DNA of 64,000 nucleotides from NCBI GenBank assembly GCA_963772995.1, contig CAVYZQ010000004.1:15359-79358 (forward strand), in the 5' to 3' direction. Positions 40,901 to 50,297 of this stretch are shown piece by piece. A program made the translations under genes and the position numbers. Position 1 is the first letter of the stretch. Each line of letters starts with the position of its first letter. Below the pieces are notes generated by a model that saw only the letters and a program-made list of their open reading frames with translations, did no database searches and was not told the origin of the DNA. Source of the stretch: an uncultured Chloroflexia bacterium. Lineage in GTDB: Bacteria > Chloroflexota > Limnocylindria > Limnocylindrales > CSP1-4.

Positions 40901-41891
40901 GTCGGGTCCGCCGCCTGAGCCGCCGCTCGTCGTGATCGAGCAGTTGGCCAGCGGGCTCGGGCTGGCCGTGTAACCGAAGGTGGCGTCGCCGCCCGTCGTG
41001 GTCTTGTTGACGTGGATGAAGCCCGGGAAGATGACTGCAGCCGCCGACAGCGATCGATCCTGGTTGCCACCGCTACCGTCGAGCTCGATCAGGCGGGTGT
41101 GGTACGGCGAGCCCGAAATGGCGACTGCCGAGTTGCCGAGGCCCCAGCCACCGGAGCCGCTGTCGGGGAAGCGCTGGGCGATGTGACCCCCCCAGGCAAG
41201 GACAGGATTCGGCACGGAGGCCGTGAACGTGATCGTGATGCGCCGTGAGTTGTTACCAGCGGGCCAGACAACCCCTCCGCCCGAGTAGGCGCTCACGCCT
41301 GTGATGACGCCCGCCGAAGATCGTGAAGTCGCCCGAAGCCTGACCCGGGGCGGAAATCTTCTCCGCCCCGCTGGTCATCTGATCGTCGGCAGGGATCGGG
41401 AACGTCTTTCCGGCGGCGAGAGTACAGCCGGCGACGCCCAGGCACGGGTTGGCATCAAGCACTGACCGGTTGAACGTCGTGAGGTAGTCGAGTGCATGCT
41501 TGCCGCTCTGGGTGGTGTCCCATTCGATGGTGACTGTGTGGCTGCCGGTGGTCGATAGCCCGCTCATGGTCAGGCGATACGGGACCGAGTCGCCTTCGAG
41601 GTACACCGACTTGCTGGCGCCAAGGTTGCCGTTGACCCAGTCCGAGGCGCTCGTCGAGCAGCCATCCGTGTTCGGCGACGGCGCAGGGTCGTTGGCGCAC
41701 TGGTCAAGGTTCGCCGACGCGTTGGCCGCGACGACAGGGGTGACCGTGGACCCGCCCAAGAATGCCGCGGCGATGAGCGCGATCTGCGCGGAGCCGAGCA
41801 GCGCCTTCGACAGGAAGCCGCGAAGCGCGACGGGCCGCCGTCGCCTCCCTGAGAGATGAGCGTTGGCAGAACCGGCCGTCGTGTCCGTCAT
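31980..41891 (-). CDS. Giant (about 3300 aa) cell-surface protein: signal peptide, Cys-rich N-terminal module, prealbumin-like domain, about 22 DUF11-type repeat domains, C-terminal membrane anchor (many frameshifts)
   Basis: The reading was reconstructed across reverse ORFs 41253..41891, 40610..41296, 40183..41070, 39787..40179, 37560..38954, 34852..38475, 36015..37343, 32530..33876 and 31980..35045. Elements in order: MTDTTAGS..GRRRRPVALRGFLSKALLGSAQIALIAAAFLGG..VVAANA; ANLDQCANDPAPSPNTDGC..YLEGDSVPYRL; TYTVNETTLPQNWTF..VTCTYAN; repeated xTKTADA..SAGxPIGY..NxG.G.ATGV..C..N(S/T)A..STNDG..VNC; and the end ...VNCPVEPPPTEAVSEAIWALGPSGSLMVGGVVLALLALGLLFVIPAGPRGRRSDDR. Confidence 0.85.
32140..39100 (-). 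repeat. Coding tandem array, 771-bp unit (two alternating DUF11 domain types A and B): about 10 A and 8 B domains
   Basis: The junction motif recurs at 32525, 33298, about 34073, 35239, 36010, 36782, 37554 and about 38326. Spacing is 770-775 nt apart from one 1169-nt step. By eye, 35239-36009 and 36010-36781 differ at only three small sites. Confidence 0.9.
39100..40290 (-). repeat. Coding tandem array, about 394-bp unit (DUF11 domain type C), 3 copies
   Basis: Mirror ORFs start at 39227/39243, 39621 and 40016 with near-identical text. The sense reading is LTVTKTADASPVNAGDP..TGSATGVTLTDALP..VTWVKDP..FTLAGAKGSQTLTLAGQPI..LTVHISAQTSASECSTYNNTATVASTNDGGNSAPASIVC. Confidence 0.8.
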
Positions 41892-42496
41892 GGCTGTCTT
41901 TTCCCCGCCTGGATTCGCCCTGATGGTGCCTCGATGAGGACGGCAGATCCGGTCCCAACGGAAAGGGTTGCCCTGTCCCGAGGGACGCCCGTGTAACGGA
42001 TAAGGAAGGGTCCGGACCGCTCAGACCCTTCGCCCGCGCTCCGATAACCGCAAGTGGTACCGGGCAACAACGGGACTTTCCACGGCGAACGTAGCCGTAG
42101 CTAGGGTGAAAGTCAATCGGAAGGAGGCTCCGCTTGCTCGTGACCGAGCTGCCCGGCGAGCGGAGGCCGAGGGCATCCCAGGCGTCAACGCGCTCGAGGG
42201 TGGCAATCACGTTGCTGGCCGAAGCAGCTGACCGGCATCTCGCGCGAATCTCCAACCTTCGGCCGAACGTTTAGGCGCGGCTCACGTAAATCCAGCGCGG
42301 GCAACACGTGTCTCAAGCCGGACGTTCATCGGCCGCGAGGTCGAGCTTGTGAGGCGCCATTCCGCCCTCGGCGGCCCGTCGAGGAGCGTGATGCCTGTCG
42401 CCCTTGCGAGGTGGCGGGGGGTGCCCGCGGATGTGGCTGCCGAGTACCTTAAGGGAGCATTCGAGAAGACCCTCAGACTCAGAGACCGCTACGGTT

Positions 42497-43638
42497 TCAG
42501 TTGTTCATAGGCAAAGGTCGGCGCAGACTCGAAACGCTGATCGCCGGGATCGCGATGAGCCTGTTCGTCATCGAGCACGTGACGTTCGCAGCGGGTGCGA
42601 CGTTCACTGTCGCGGAAACCGATCCGGGCGTGCCGGTCGTGCCGTTGTTACAGGTCCAGGTGCCGACCGTATAGCCGCCCTGCGACGTCTCCGCGATCGT
42701 GTGGGTGCCAGGCCGGAGGGTCACGGGCGTGGCCGTCGTCGCGGCGTTTCCGTCGATCGTCAGCGGGAAGTCTGCGGCGGTTTTGTACCCGGGCCCGCTC
42801 TGGCCGAGATTGTCGACGACCTTGACGAGCGTCAGCCTGCCGTCGGCGGGCGAGTCGGTGAACGTGCACACGGTCTCGAGACCGCGCTGATCGTCAGGTT
42901 GTCAACGCCGCTTGCGGTCGGTGTTCCGGTCGGCGACGATGCCGCGTTCTTGACGACGCAGGAGCGTGCGTCGAGCCGCCAAGTCGGTGGGACCACCTCA
43001 TTCAGGTCGAGCGTCGTCGTGGCGACGTGCGGGATGAGTTCTTGCGAGCCGCTGCCGTTGATCGTCCACGTCGCGGTGTTGTCGGTTGCAGCTTCCGACG
43101 CGTTGAAGACGAACGGAGTGCCGTCGTTCGGATTCGCCACCTTCACGATCGTCAAGAACCCGGAATCCGGTGCCACGACGCATTCGCCTGGTGCCGAGCC
43201 AAGACCCGACGGATAGCTGCAGACGTTCACGAGGGACGCGGGGGCCCCTCCGAAGTCGCTCAGAGCGATCGTCACATCGGCGACGGTGTCATCTGTATGA
43301 CACGCGGGCTCGGTCGTGCAGACGTTCTGCTTCTTGTGAGCGAGGAAATTTTTGAACGGATCCGACCGGGGATGGTCGACTCCGGTGGCGCTCGACGCCG
43401 TTGGCGGCGCGACTGCCACCGGAGTCGTGCACCGGCTGGGCGAGGTGTTCCCGCATGAAACGAGGGTGGTTGACGCGGTCCCGTTCGACGCAACGCTGAT
43501 GCAGAACGCGTAGTTGGCGAGACCGTCCCCACTGGTGTCGAACAGGGCGCAGCCCTCACGCGTGTTGCTGCCGCTGGTCGCGGTGTCGTCCCAGCCCCAT
43601 AGCACGTTGATCGTCGACCCGAGGTAGTCGACCGTCAT
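42497..43638 (-). CDS. Cys-rich protein with two prealbumin-like (SpaA/Cna-B-like) beta-sandwich domains, no recognisable signal peptide (1 frameshift)
   Basis: ORF 42832..43638 reads INVLWGWDDTA...CALFDTSGDGLANYAFC...FLTIVKVANPNDGTPFVFNAS...LDLNEVVPPTWRLDARSC. ORF 42497..42871 reads VCTFTDSPADGRLTLVKVVDN...THTIAETSQGGYTVGTWTCNNG...VTCSMTN. The frames join near 42860. Confidence 0.65.
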
Positions 43639-43836
43639 GAAGCTCAGGTCCTTCTGCCCAGAGCGGGCGACCTGGCCGCGCGTCCCCCGCCATTGCGTCC
43701 GAACATCGTCGCGAAGGGGCTGGGCTCCCTGCAGCAGCGGTGATCGAGCCGTCGAGGCTCGGTTGCTAGGCGGCTGTCACGCGCGCCGCCTTTCCCCCGG
43801 GTTCGCCGTGAAGCGACGAGACTCATCCTCGCGGTC

Positions 43837-44090
43837 ATGCGCAGGCGCTCGACACGATCCACGATCGCGCTCGCGGTCCTGTTGGCAGCGGCGATCGTGG
43901 TACAGGCATGCTCCGCCCAGGAAAACACGGGCGGCGGCTGGACCTTCGGCCCGACCCTTGCGCCCTCCTCGGGTTCACCATCAGGAGCACCACGGGTTCG
44001 GCCGCCCCATCAGGAGGCGCCCCCGGTTCGGCCGCGCCGTCGGGAGGTGGCGCTGGGGGAGCCGCGCCGTCGACTAGCACCGGACAGTAG
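43837..44090 (+). CDS. Small Ser/Gly/Pro/Ala-rich putative lipoprotein (1 frameshift)
   Basis: MRRRSTRSTIALAVLLAAAIVVQACSAQENTGGGWTFGPTLAPSSGSPSG comes from ORF 43837..44133. The tail GSAAPSGGAPGSAAPSGGGAGGAAPSTSTGQ comes from ORF 43908..44090. Confidence 0.4.
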
Positions 44091-44142
44091 CCCCGCGCGG
44101 AACCGCCATCCTGGGCCTCCGCCAGACCGCTAGGATGCCAGC

Positions 44143-45271
44143 GTGGGTAGCGACTGGATCATCCTCGGCCAAGGCGGGAGGTTGCGCTGGGGCGGTGATC
44201 TCCGGCGCCACTATCTGCTGAAGGACTTGGGGATCACGACCGGTACCCGCCTCCGGCCGAGCTGGAATTGCGAATCACTCCAGGCTGCGCTCGACGAGCA
44301 TCCCACCGGCCGTCGGCTGCTCGCGAGCGCAGAACTGCTCGATGCCGACACCCTCGCGATCGCCCGAGCGCGGACCACGCCGACCCTTGTCGACCTCCAT
44401 GACGAGCCGATCAACCAGAGCAGCGAGCTCGGACACGTGCTCAGCGCCGAGGCAAAGGACGCGTTCCGGAACCTCGTCTCGACGAACGTGGCGGCGTTCC
44501 GCTACGTCGTGATGCCCACGCCCGAGTACGCGGCCTTCGCCGATGTGGACAGCGCGTCAGACGATCATCGCCTCGAACGGGACGGACACGCGCCTGATAG
44601 TTCCCGGTCCGTGGCCGGAGATCCCGACGGTCGGGATGGTCTCCGGCGCCTCGCCGCGCCGCGGGATCGAGGCCGTGATCGATGCTTGCCGAGGCCTGCG
44701 GTCCGAGATACCCGACCTCAAGCTGCGACTGGCGCTCGTCGGCACAACCATCGAGGGAAAGGCCTACCTGGACGCGCTCAAGTCATCCACGGCTGATGAG
44801 CCTGGGCTGACCATCGAGACCGTGCCCTTCGGTGAGCTGAGTCCGTGGCTGGCCAAGACGACCGTCCTGGTGCTCCCGCACCCTGCCGGGTCGTACTACG
44901 ACGCCGTGCTGCCGATCAAGCTGTTCGACTATCTCGCCGCCGGCCGGCCGATCGTGACGACACCCCGGGTCGCGACGGCCGACCGTGTAACAAGGCACGG
45001 TGCCGGCCTGGTGACCGAGGGCGACACGCCCGACGATCTGGCGGCGCCGATCGCGAGGCTGCTGGCGGACCCGGCGCTCGCACGTCGGATGGGGAGTACC
45101 GGCCGCGCGGCAGCGGAGTCGACCTACGACTGGCAGGCCATCGGGCGGCAGCTCGCGAGTGACCTGCTGCTTCGCGTGGACAAGGTCGCCTGGACGCGCC
45201 TGCAGGCCGGCCGTGTCGGGCGCCGAGTCCTGCGCTCGGCGGCCACGGGAGCGCACCGCCTGCGCATCTGA
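44143..45271 (+). CDS. GT-B glycosyltransferase (Glycos_transf_1 / GT4-like), 1 frameshift
   Basis: ORF 44543..45271 reads VLVLPHPAGSYYDAVLPIKLFDYLAAGRPIVTTP...GAGLVTEGDTPDDLAAPIARLLADPALARRMGSTGRAAAESTYDW. The N-terminal domain is in ORF 44143..44796. The frames join near 44560. Confidence 0.8.
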
Positions 45272-45278
45272 GCGGACG

Positions 45279-46645
45279 TCACGTGGCGGTCACCTCGTCC
45301 TTCGCGCGACGCCCTGGCCGACGGCCGGCAACGATGGCCATCCGCCGGCGACTCTCGCCTACCAGCCCACGCAACGCTTGGACCCGTCGGGAGCGGCTCG
45401 GCTCGTCCCGGGTCGCGGCCGCTTCGGCCAGGCTCCCGGAAGCTCCCGATGGACCGGTAGCCGTCCCGGCCGCGTGCGGCGTGGCGGGAACGATCGCGGC
45501 GATCGGCGCCCGCCGGACCGTGAGGCCGGCGCGCGTGATCTCCCCCGCCCGGATCGCCGCGCGCTCGCGTGGCTGGGCGTCCGCGGCGAGCCATGTCGCG
45601 AGGGCCTCGCGGGATGGGGAGAGCCGGCCCTCGCAGATGTCCACGAACTCCTCGCCGGTCATCTCCTCGATCTCGACGAGGTAGGCGGCGACCCGCTCGA
45701 GCAGATCGAGGTTGGCGCGGAGCGTGTCGAGCGCGGTCTCGTACGCCTCGTCGAGGATCGAGGCGATAGCACGGGTCGCGGCGGCCTCGGCCGGACCGCG
45801 GAGCGTGCCGTTCTCGCCGCCGACCAGGTAGCCGAGCGCGCCCCGGCCGGTGATCCCGCCGGCGGTCTCCGGATCGGCGCCGAGACCCCACCTGGTGACC
45901 ATCGCGTCGGCCAGCTGGTTCGCCTTCTCGAAGTCGTTCGACGCGCCACCGGTGTGGTCGACGAACAGCAGCGCCTCCGCCGCCCGACCGCCCATGAGCG
46001 CCACGAGCTGCCCCCGGAGCTGGCCCTCGGACGGCAGCAGCTCGTCTCCTTCGGACGTGAGCGTGTAGCCGAGGGCGTCGCCGTGGCGGAACATGCTGAT
46101 CCGTTCGACCGTGCGCGCCTCCGCGTGGATCTCGGCCGCAGATGGCGTGGCCTGCCTCGTGCGCGGCGATGATGGCTCCCGACGACCACGAATGCGGCGG
46201 CCGCCATCATGAGCGCCCCGGCCAACGGGCCGGTCGCCGGGCCGAAGCCTTGCCCGGCGGATGCCTGGGCCGAGATCAACCGGGCGTACCCGAGTGCCCG
46301 GAGGGCTTCGATGGCCTGGTCGGCCGTCTGCGCCAGCTGGACCTTCGCCCACCGTCCGTCGATCGTCCGTGCGCCCAGCTTGGGCGGGTCCGTCGTCTCG
46401 CTTCCGGTCCGAGCCGAGTGGTCGCCGGCGGTCGGTTCGATGACGGCGACGACCTCGCCCGCGCCGGCATCCCGGATCAGATCGGAAAGCGTCCAGGTCT
46501 CCGCGTAGATGACGTCGGGAGAGGGTTCGGGGTTGGGCGCAGTCGTCGACGGGATCCCCAGCACGCCGATCGCCGCGAACCCGAGCCCGACAAGGATGAG
46601 GAAGACCGGAAGGACGCCATCGAGTTTCCTGGGTATCCGATGCAT
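45279..46645 (-). CDS. FtsH-like membrane protein: TM, extracytoplasmic domain, TM, then directly an M41 zinc peptidase domain; no AAA+ module (2 frameshifts)
   Basis: The start is ATG 46645 (MHRIPRKLDGVLPVFLILVGLGFAAIGVL...). The second TM is GPLAGALMMAAAAFVVVG. HEAGHA is encoded at 46161-46144 in the third frame. ORF 45279..46352 then reads GYTLT...LRGQLVALMGGRAAEALLF..TGGASNDFEKANQLADAMVTRWGL. Confidence 0.7.
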
Positions 46646-47024
46646 GTCATCTCCGCGTGGGACCGACGGCTCGCGGGTCCGAGCCGAGCCTTCAGTCCTG
46701 CGGACCGTCAGCGCCGCTTCTGAGAGACCGACGGGAGGGACGCGGTCTCGCGGGCTCCGAGCCACGGTCGCGATGTGGACGCACCGTAGGGGCACGGGCC
46801 TTAAGGCGATCGCAAAGACGCCACCGGAACCGTTGCATTTCGTCACGGCGCGTGGCCGTCCTCGTCGCTGGAGCCTCGGTCCAGGCCGTGCCCGGGCGCG
46901 TCGTCGTCGCGGCGTCCCGGCAGACAGCAACGGAACTGATTCGCGCATGGCCCGCGGGACGCTTGTGCCGGACTGCCAAGATGAGCACAATCCTGTCGCG
47001 TTTCGCGTCAGGCTCATTCGGGGT

Positions 47025-48048
47025 ATGAAGTTGCGCAACCTGCGTCAACTCGCGACGGCCGTCGGCGCCGTGCTTCTCACGCTCGCCCTGACGACGACCG
47101 CAGTCACCCTCGAGGGGACCCGCGGATCGCCTGCGCCGCCCGCGGTCAACACGCCCGCCACCGCTCCGACGCCGGCGGCCCGTGCGAACACGCCGGACGG
47201 CGCGAGCCGCCGGGCCGGACCGGCCGTGGGAGGACCCGGTTCATCGGTCGCATCCGGCCCGGATCCATCGGTCGCATCCGGCCCCGATGTGGTTGCGGCG
47301 GTGACCGGGTCGGCGTCGGGATCCGCCGTGCTCGCGACGACCGGGACGCCACCGGCGGGCTTCACGATCCGGATCCCGGTGTTCATGTACCACCGGATCG
47401 CGCCCGACTCGCAGATCGGGCGCTCCCTGCCGGGCCTCGTGGTGAGCCCGGGACGGTTCGCCGCCCAGATGGACGCCCTGCATCGCGCTGGTTGGACCAC
47501 CATCACGGCCCGTCGAGCTGGCCGACGACCTGGCAGCCGGCCGGCGCCCACCGCGCCATTCGTTCGTCCTGACCTTCGATGACGGTCGCGAGGACGGGTA
47601 CAGATATGCATTCCCCATCCTCCGCAGGTACGGATTCACGGGCACGTTCTACGTGATCACGAACCGGATCGGCCATACGGGCAATCTCAATCCCACGGAA
47701 CTGCGGAGGATGGCCGCGGCCGGGATGGAGATCGCGAGCCACACCATGAGCCATGTCGATCTCACCCAGCTGTCGTCCACGTCCGTCCGTTCGCAGCTGA
47801 GCGGATCGGCGCGGGCGATCCGCACGGCGGTCGGTGTGCGGCCGATCACGCTCGCCTATCCCTTCGGCAAGTGGAACCGCGGCCTCGCCACCCCGCTCGC
47901 CGCGACCGGCTACCGGATCGCGTTCATCGAGGGCGGGACGTGTGCTCGGGTGACCTGGTCGACGCGCTTCGCGGTCGCGCGGCTGCGCGTCGAGCGATGG
48001 ACCTCAGTCGGCAGCCCGCTGGCCCGCGCGAGGGCGTGCTCGGGCTGA
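47025..48048 (+). CDS. Secreted polysaccharide deacetylase (NodB homology domain), about 2 frameshifts
   Basis: The signal peptide is MKLRNLRQLATAVGAVLLTLALTTTA. Further elements are IPVFMYHRI, FVLTFDDGREDGYRYAFPILRRYGFTGTFYVI, and ORF 47653..48048 (EIASHTMSHVDL...LAYPFGKWN). Confidence 0.8.
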
Positions 48049-48089
48049 CCGCGGCGCGGGCCCGCGGCGCACGCACGCGAGCCCGATCA

Positions 48090-48130
48090 GACCCGGACCC
48101 GGACGACCCGGACCCGGACCCGGACCCGGA
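48090..48130. repeat. Hexanucleotide microsatellite (GACCCG)n, 6 units with one GAC interruption
   Basis: The sequence is GACCCG GACCCG GAC GACCCG GACCCG GACCCG GACCCG GA. It lies in the 96-nt gap between converging genes that end at 48048 and 48145. Confidence 0.9.
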
Positions 48131-48144
48131 GAGACCGTCGCCGA

Positions 48145-48501
48145 CTACCAGTCGAGCAGGACGCAGGTCTCCTCGCCGACGACCGTCGCCTGGTGACCCG
48201 GCTCGATCATCAGATGGTCGCCGGCGCTCGCCTCCACTGCGCTCCCGTCGGACATCACGTAGCGGATGCGCCCGGCCACGACGAACTCCCGGTGGTGGAG
48301 CGGGCAGCGGTCGAATGGCACGTTCGGCTGGATGTTGCGCTCCCAGCTCCAGCCCGGTCGGAGCGTCGAACGCCAGACCGTCGACTCACTGCCCAGCCCG
48401 TAGCCGGCGATGCCGAGGGTGATCTTCTCGGCCTTGCCCTGGTCGCCGTAGTCGGTGACCTCGTCCGCCTCGTCGAAGCTCCGCTGCTCGATGCCCGCCA
48501 T
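48145..48501 (-). CDS. Cupin-domain protein
   Basis: From ATG 48501 in ORF 48145..48552, with HHREFVVAGRIRYVMSDGSAVEASAGDHLMIEPGHQATVVGEETCVLLDW (cupin motifs 1 and 2 pattern). Confidence 0.7.
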   Translation of the reverse strand: MAGIEQRSFDEADEVTDYGDQGKAEKITLGIAGYGLGSESTVWRSTLRPGWSWERNIQPNVPFDRCPLHHREFVVAGRIRYVMSDGSAVEASAGDHLMIEPGHQATVVGEETCVLLDW

Positions 48502-48637
48502 GCCAAACCCTCCGGCCTTTGCGCGAGGATGCCCCGTTGTCCGGCCGGCCACGGATCCTCGCTTTGACCGTGGCCGTTCCCGCGCTGCCGCCGGGCGCCG
48601 GCGGGGCGCGCCTACCGCGGACCCGGCTCGATCCGGA

Positions 48638-49018
48638 TCACATGCCGAGCGCCTGCTTCAGCGGCCCCGCGTCGGTCGCGCCGAGCGCGATCTGGACCCG
48701 ATCGCCGCTCATCCCGACCGGCACCGCCACCCGCAGGTTCACGCCGGCGTCGGCAAGCTTGCGGAACAGCTCCGCGCCGGCGCCCGGCTTGTTGTCAAGC
48801 TCGCTGACGACCATCTCGATCGGCGTCGCGGTGTGTCCGGTGTCGGCGATGGCCGCCTCGAGGCCGGCTTCGTCCTCGGCGCCGAGGACCATCAGCGCCG
48901 TCTTGCCGTCGGCGAGCCCATAGGCCTGCGTCACGTTCACGCCACGCGCCGCGGTCGCCTCCAGCAGCCGGCCGGCGACTCCCGGCTCGTCCGTGGTCGA
49001 GATCAGGAATGCCTTCAT
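48638..49018 (-). CDS. ACT-domain-like small regulatory protein
   Basis: From ATG 49018 in ORF 48638..49114. Two ACT-like halves are present: MKAFLISTTDEPGVAGRLLEATAARGVNV... and ELDNKPGAGAELFRKLADAGVNLRVAV. Confidence 0.6.
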   Translation of the reverse strand: MKAFLISTTDEPGVAGRLLEATAARGVNVTQAYGLADGKTALMVLGAEDEAGLEAAIADTGHTATPIEMVVSELDNKPGAGAELFRKLADAGVNLRVAVPVGMSGDRVQIALGATDAGPLKQALGM

Positions 49019-49117
49019 GCCAGCCCTCCTTCGTGCGCTGTGAACTCTTCGGAATCTGTATCGTCCCCGGCTCGTCAACAGGCGGCGACGGTCGCGCGCC
49101 GCGGGGCTGACCATCGG

Positions 49118-49537
49118 TCAGCGGAGCACGCCTGTTGACTGGCCCACTTCGATCAGGTGGCCGTCCGGGTCGCGGACGTAGGCGCGGATCTCGCGCCCGT
49201 GGTCCTTCGGTTCGGTCAGGAACTCGGCCCCGAGGGCGGTCCATTCGTCGTAGACCTTCGCGATGTCGGCGACCCGGACATTGAGGAACGCGCTCGTCCG
49301 ATCGGGATCGGGCGGGGTCGTCAGGGTGACGGTCGGCTTGTCGTCGGTCGGGCCGCCACCGACGTTGAGGATGAGCCACGTGTTCGCGACCTTCATGATC
49401 ACCGGATCGCGCTCCATGAGCACAAGCCCGTCGAACAGGCGCCGGTAGAACTCGCGGGACCGATCCTGGTCCGCGACGACCAGGAAGTGGGTGATGACCA
49501 GCCCCTCCTTCGGAGCGGGGAAGTCCTCTGGGTTCAT
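49118..49537 (-). CDS. VOC (glyoxalase/bleomycin-resistance/dioxygenase) family protein
   Basis: From ATG 49537 in ORF 49118..50131: ITHFLVVADQDRSREFYRRLFDG...FLNVRVADIAKVYDEWTALGAEFLTEPKDHGREIRAYVRDPDGHLIEV. Confidence 0.75.
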   Translation of the reverse strand: MNPEDFPAPKEGLVITHFLVVADQDRSREFYRRLFDGLVLMERDPVIMKVANTWLILNVGGGPTDDKPTVTLTTPPDPDRTSAFLNVRVADIAKVYDEWTALGAEFLTEPKDHGREIRAYVRDPDGHLIEVGQSTGVLR

Positions 49538-49627
49538 GTCGACCACCTCGGATGCGGGCGCGAACGTCGGCGCGCCGCGCGCTTCGCCCATCTTGCCTCG
49601 AACGCCGCCGTGTACTAAAACTGCCCC

Positions 49628-50137
49628 ATGAGCCTTCCGCAGGTCACCCCGATGCTGTCCTACGAGGACGTCGGCGCTGCCGCCGACTGGCTCTGCTCTG
49701 CGTTCGGATTCAGCGAGGCCTTCCGCATCGACGAAGGCGGACGGGTCACCCACGCGGAGTTGAGGTTCGGCGACGGCGTCGTGATGGCCGGCTGGCCCGG
49801 ACCGCACTATCAGAGCCCGAAACACCATGCCGAGGCATGCGAAGACGCGCGCAGGTGGCTGGCCAGCCCGTTCGTCGTAGACGGCGTCCATGTCATCGTC
49901 GACGACATCGACGCCCACTGTAAGCGAGCCCGTGCGGCCGGTGCGACGATCCTGAGCGAGGTCGAGGACAACGTCGAGGCCGGCCAGCGTCAGTACCGGG
50001 TCGCGGATCTCGAAGGCCACCGCTGGATGTTCGCCCAGCCACTGTGCGTGCGGCCGCGGCAGTTCCTGCCATATACGAGCGTGGATAGTGGTATGCGAGC
50101 TCCCGCATCCAACAAGCCGAATCCTTGCCACATATGA
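49628..50137 (+). CDS. VOC (glyoxalase-fold) family protein
   Basis: ORF 49628..50137 reads VTPMLSYEDVGAAADWLCSAFGF...THAELRFGDGVVM...HVIVDDIDAHCKRARAAGATIL...RQYRVADLEGHRWMF. Confidence 0.75.
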   Translation: MSLPQVTPMLSYEDVGAAADWLCSAFGFSEAFRIDEGGRVTHAELRFGDGVVMAGWPGPHYQSPKHHAEACEDARRWLASPFVVDGVHVIVDDIDAHCKRARAAGATILSEVEDNVEAGQRQYRVADLEGHRWMFAQPLCVRPRQFLPYTSVDSGMRAPASNKPNPCHI

Positions 50138-50297
50138 ATGGCCGTCGATTGAGCCCGTAAAAGAGCCCCATCCGATCCGTCGTTTCGCATAACACGAGCG
50201 CCATTTGTATCTGGCAAAGATCGACGACGACGTCGAACGGAGGCCCGAGACAAATCAGCTGCCGGGAGCGAAGAGCCGGATCTCGGGTCGGCTCCGG

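Noticed and set aside
41949-41980. c-di-GMP-I (GEMM-I)-like string ACAGGGCAACCC...GGGAC on the reverse strand of the giant gene's leader
   Set aside because: Only the first conserved block is loosely matched. The expected GCAAAGCC segment, the GNRA tetraloop and the second hairpin with its receptor are absent. This needs a covariance-model scan before any claim can be made.
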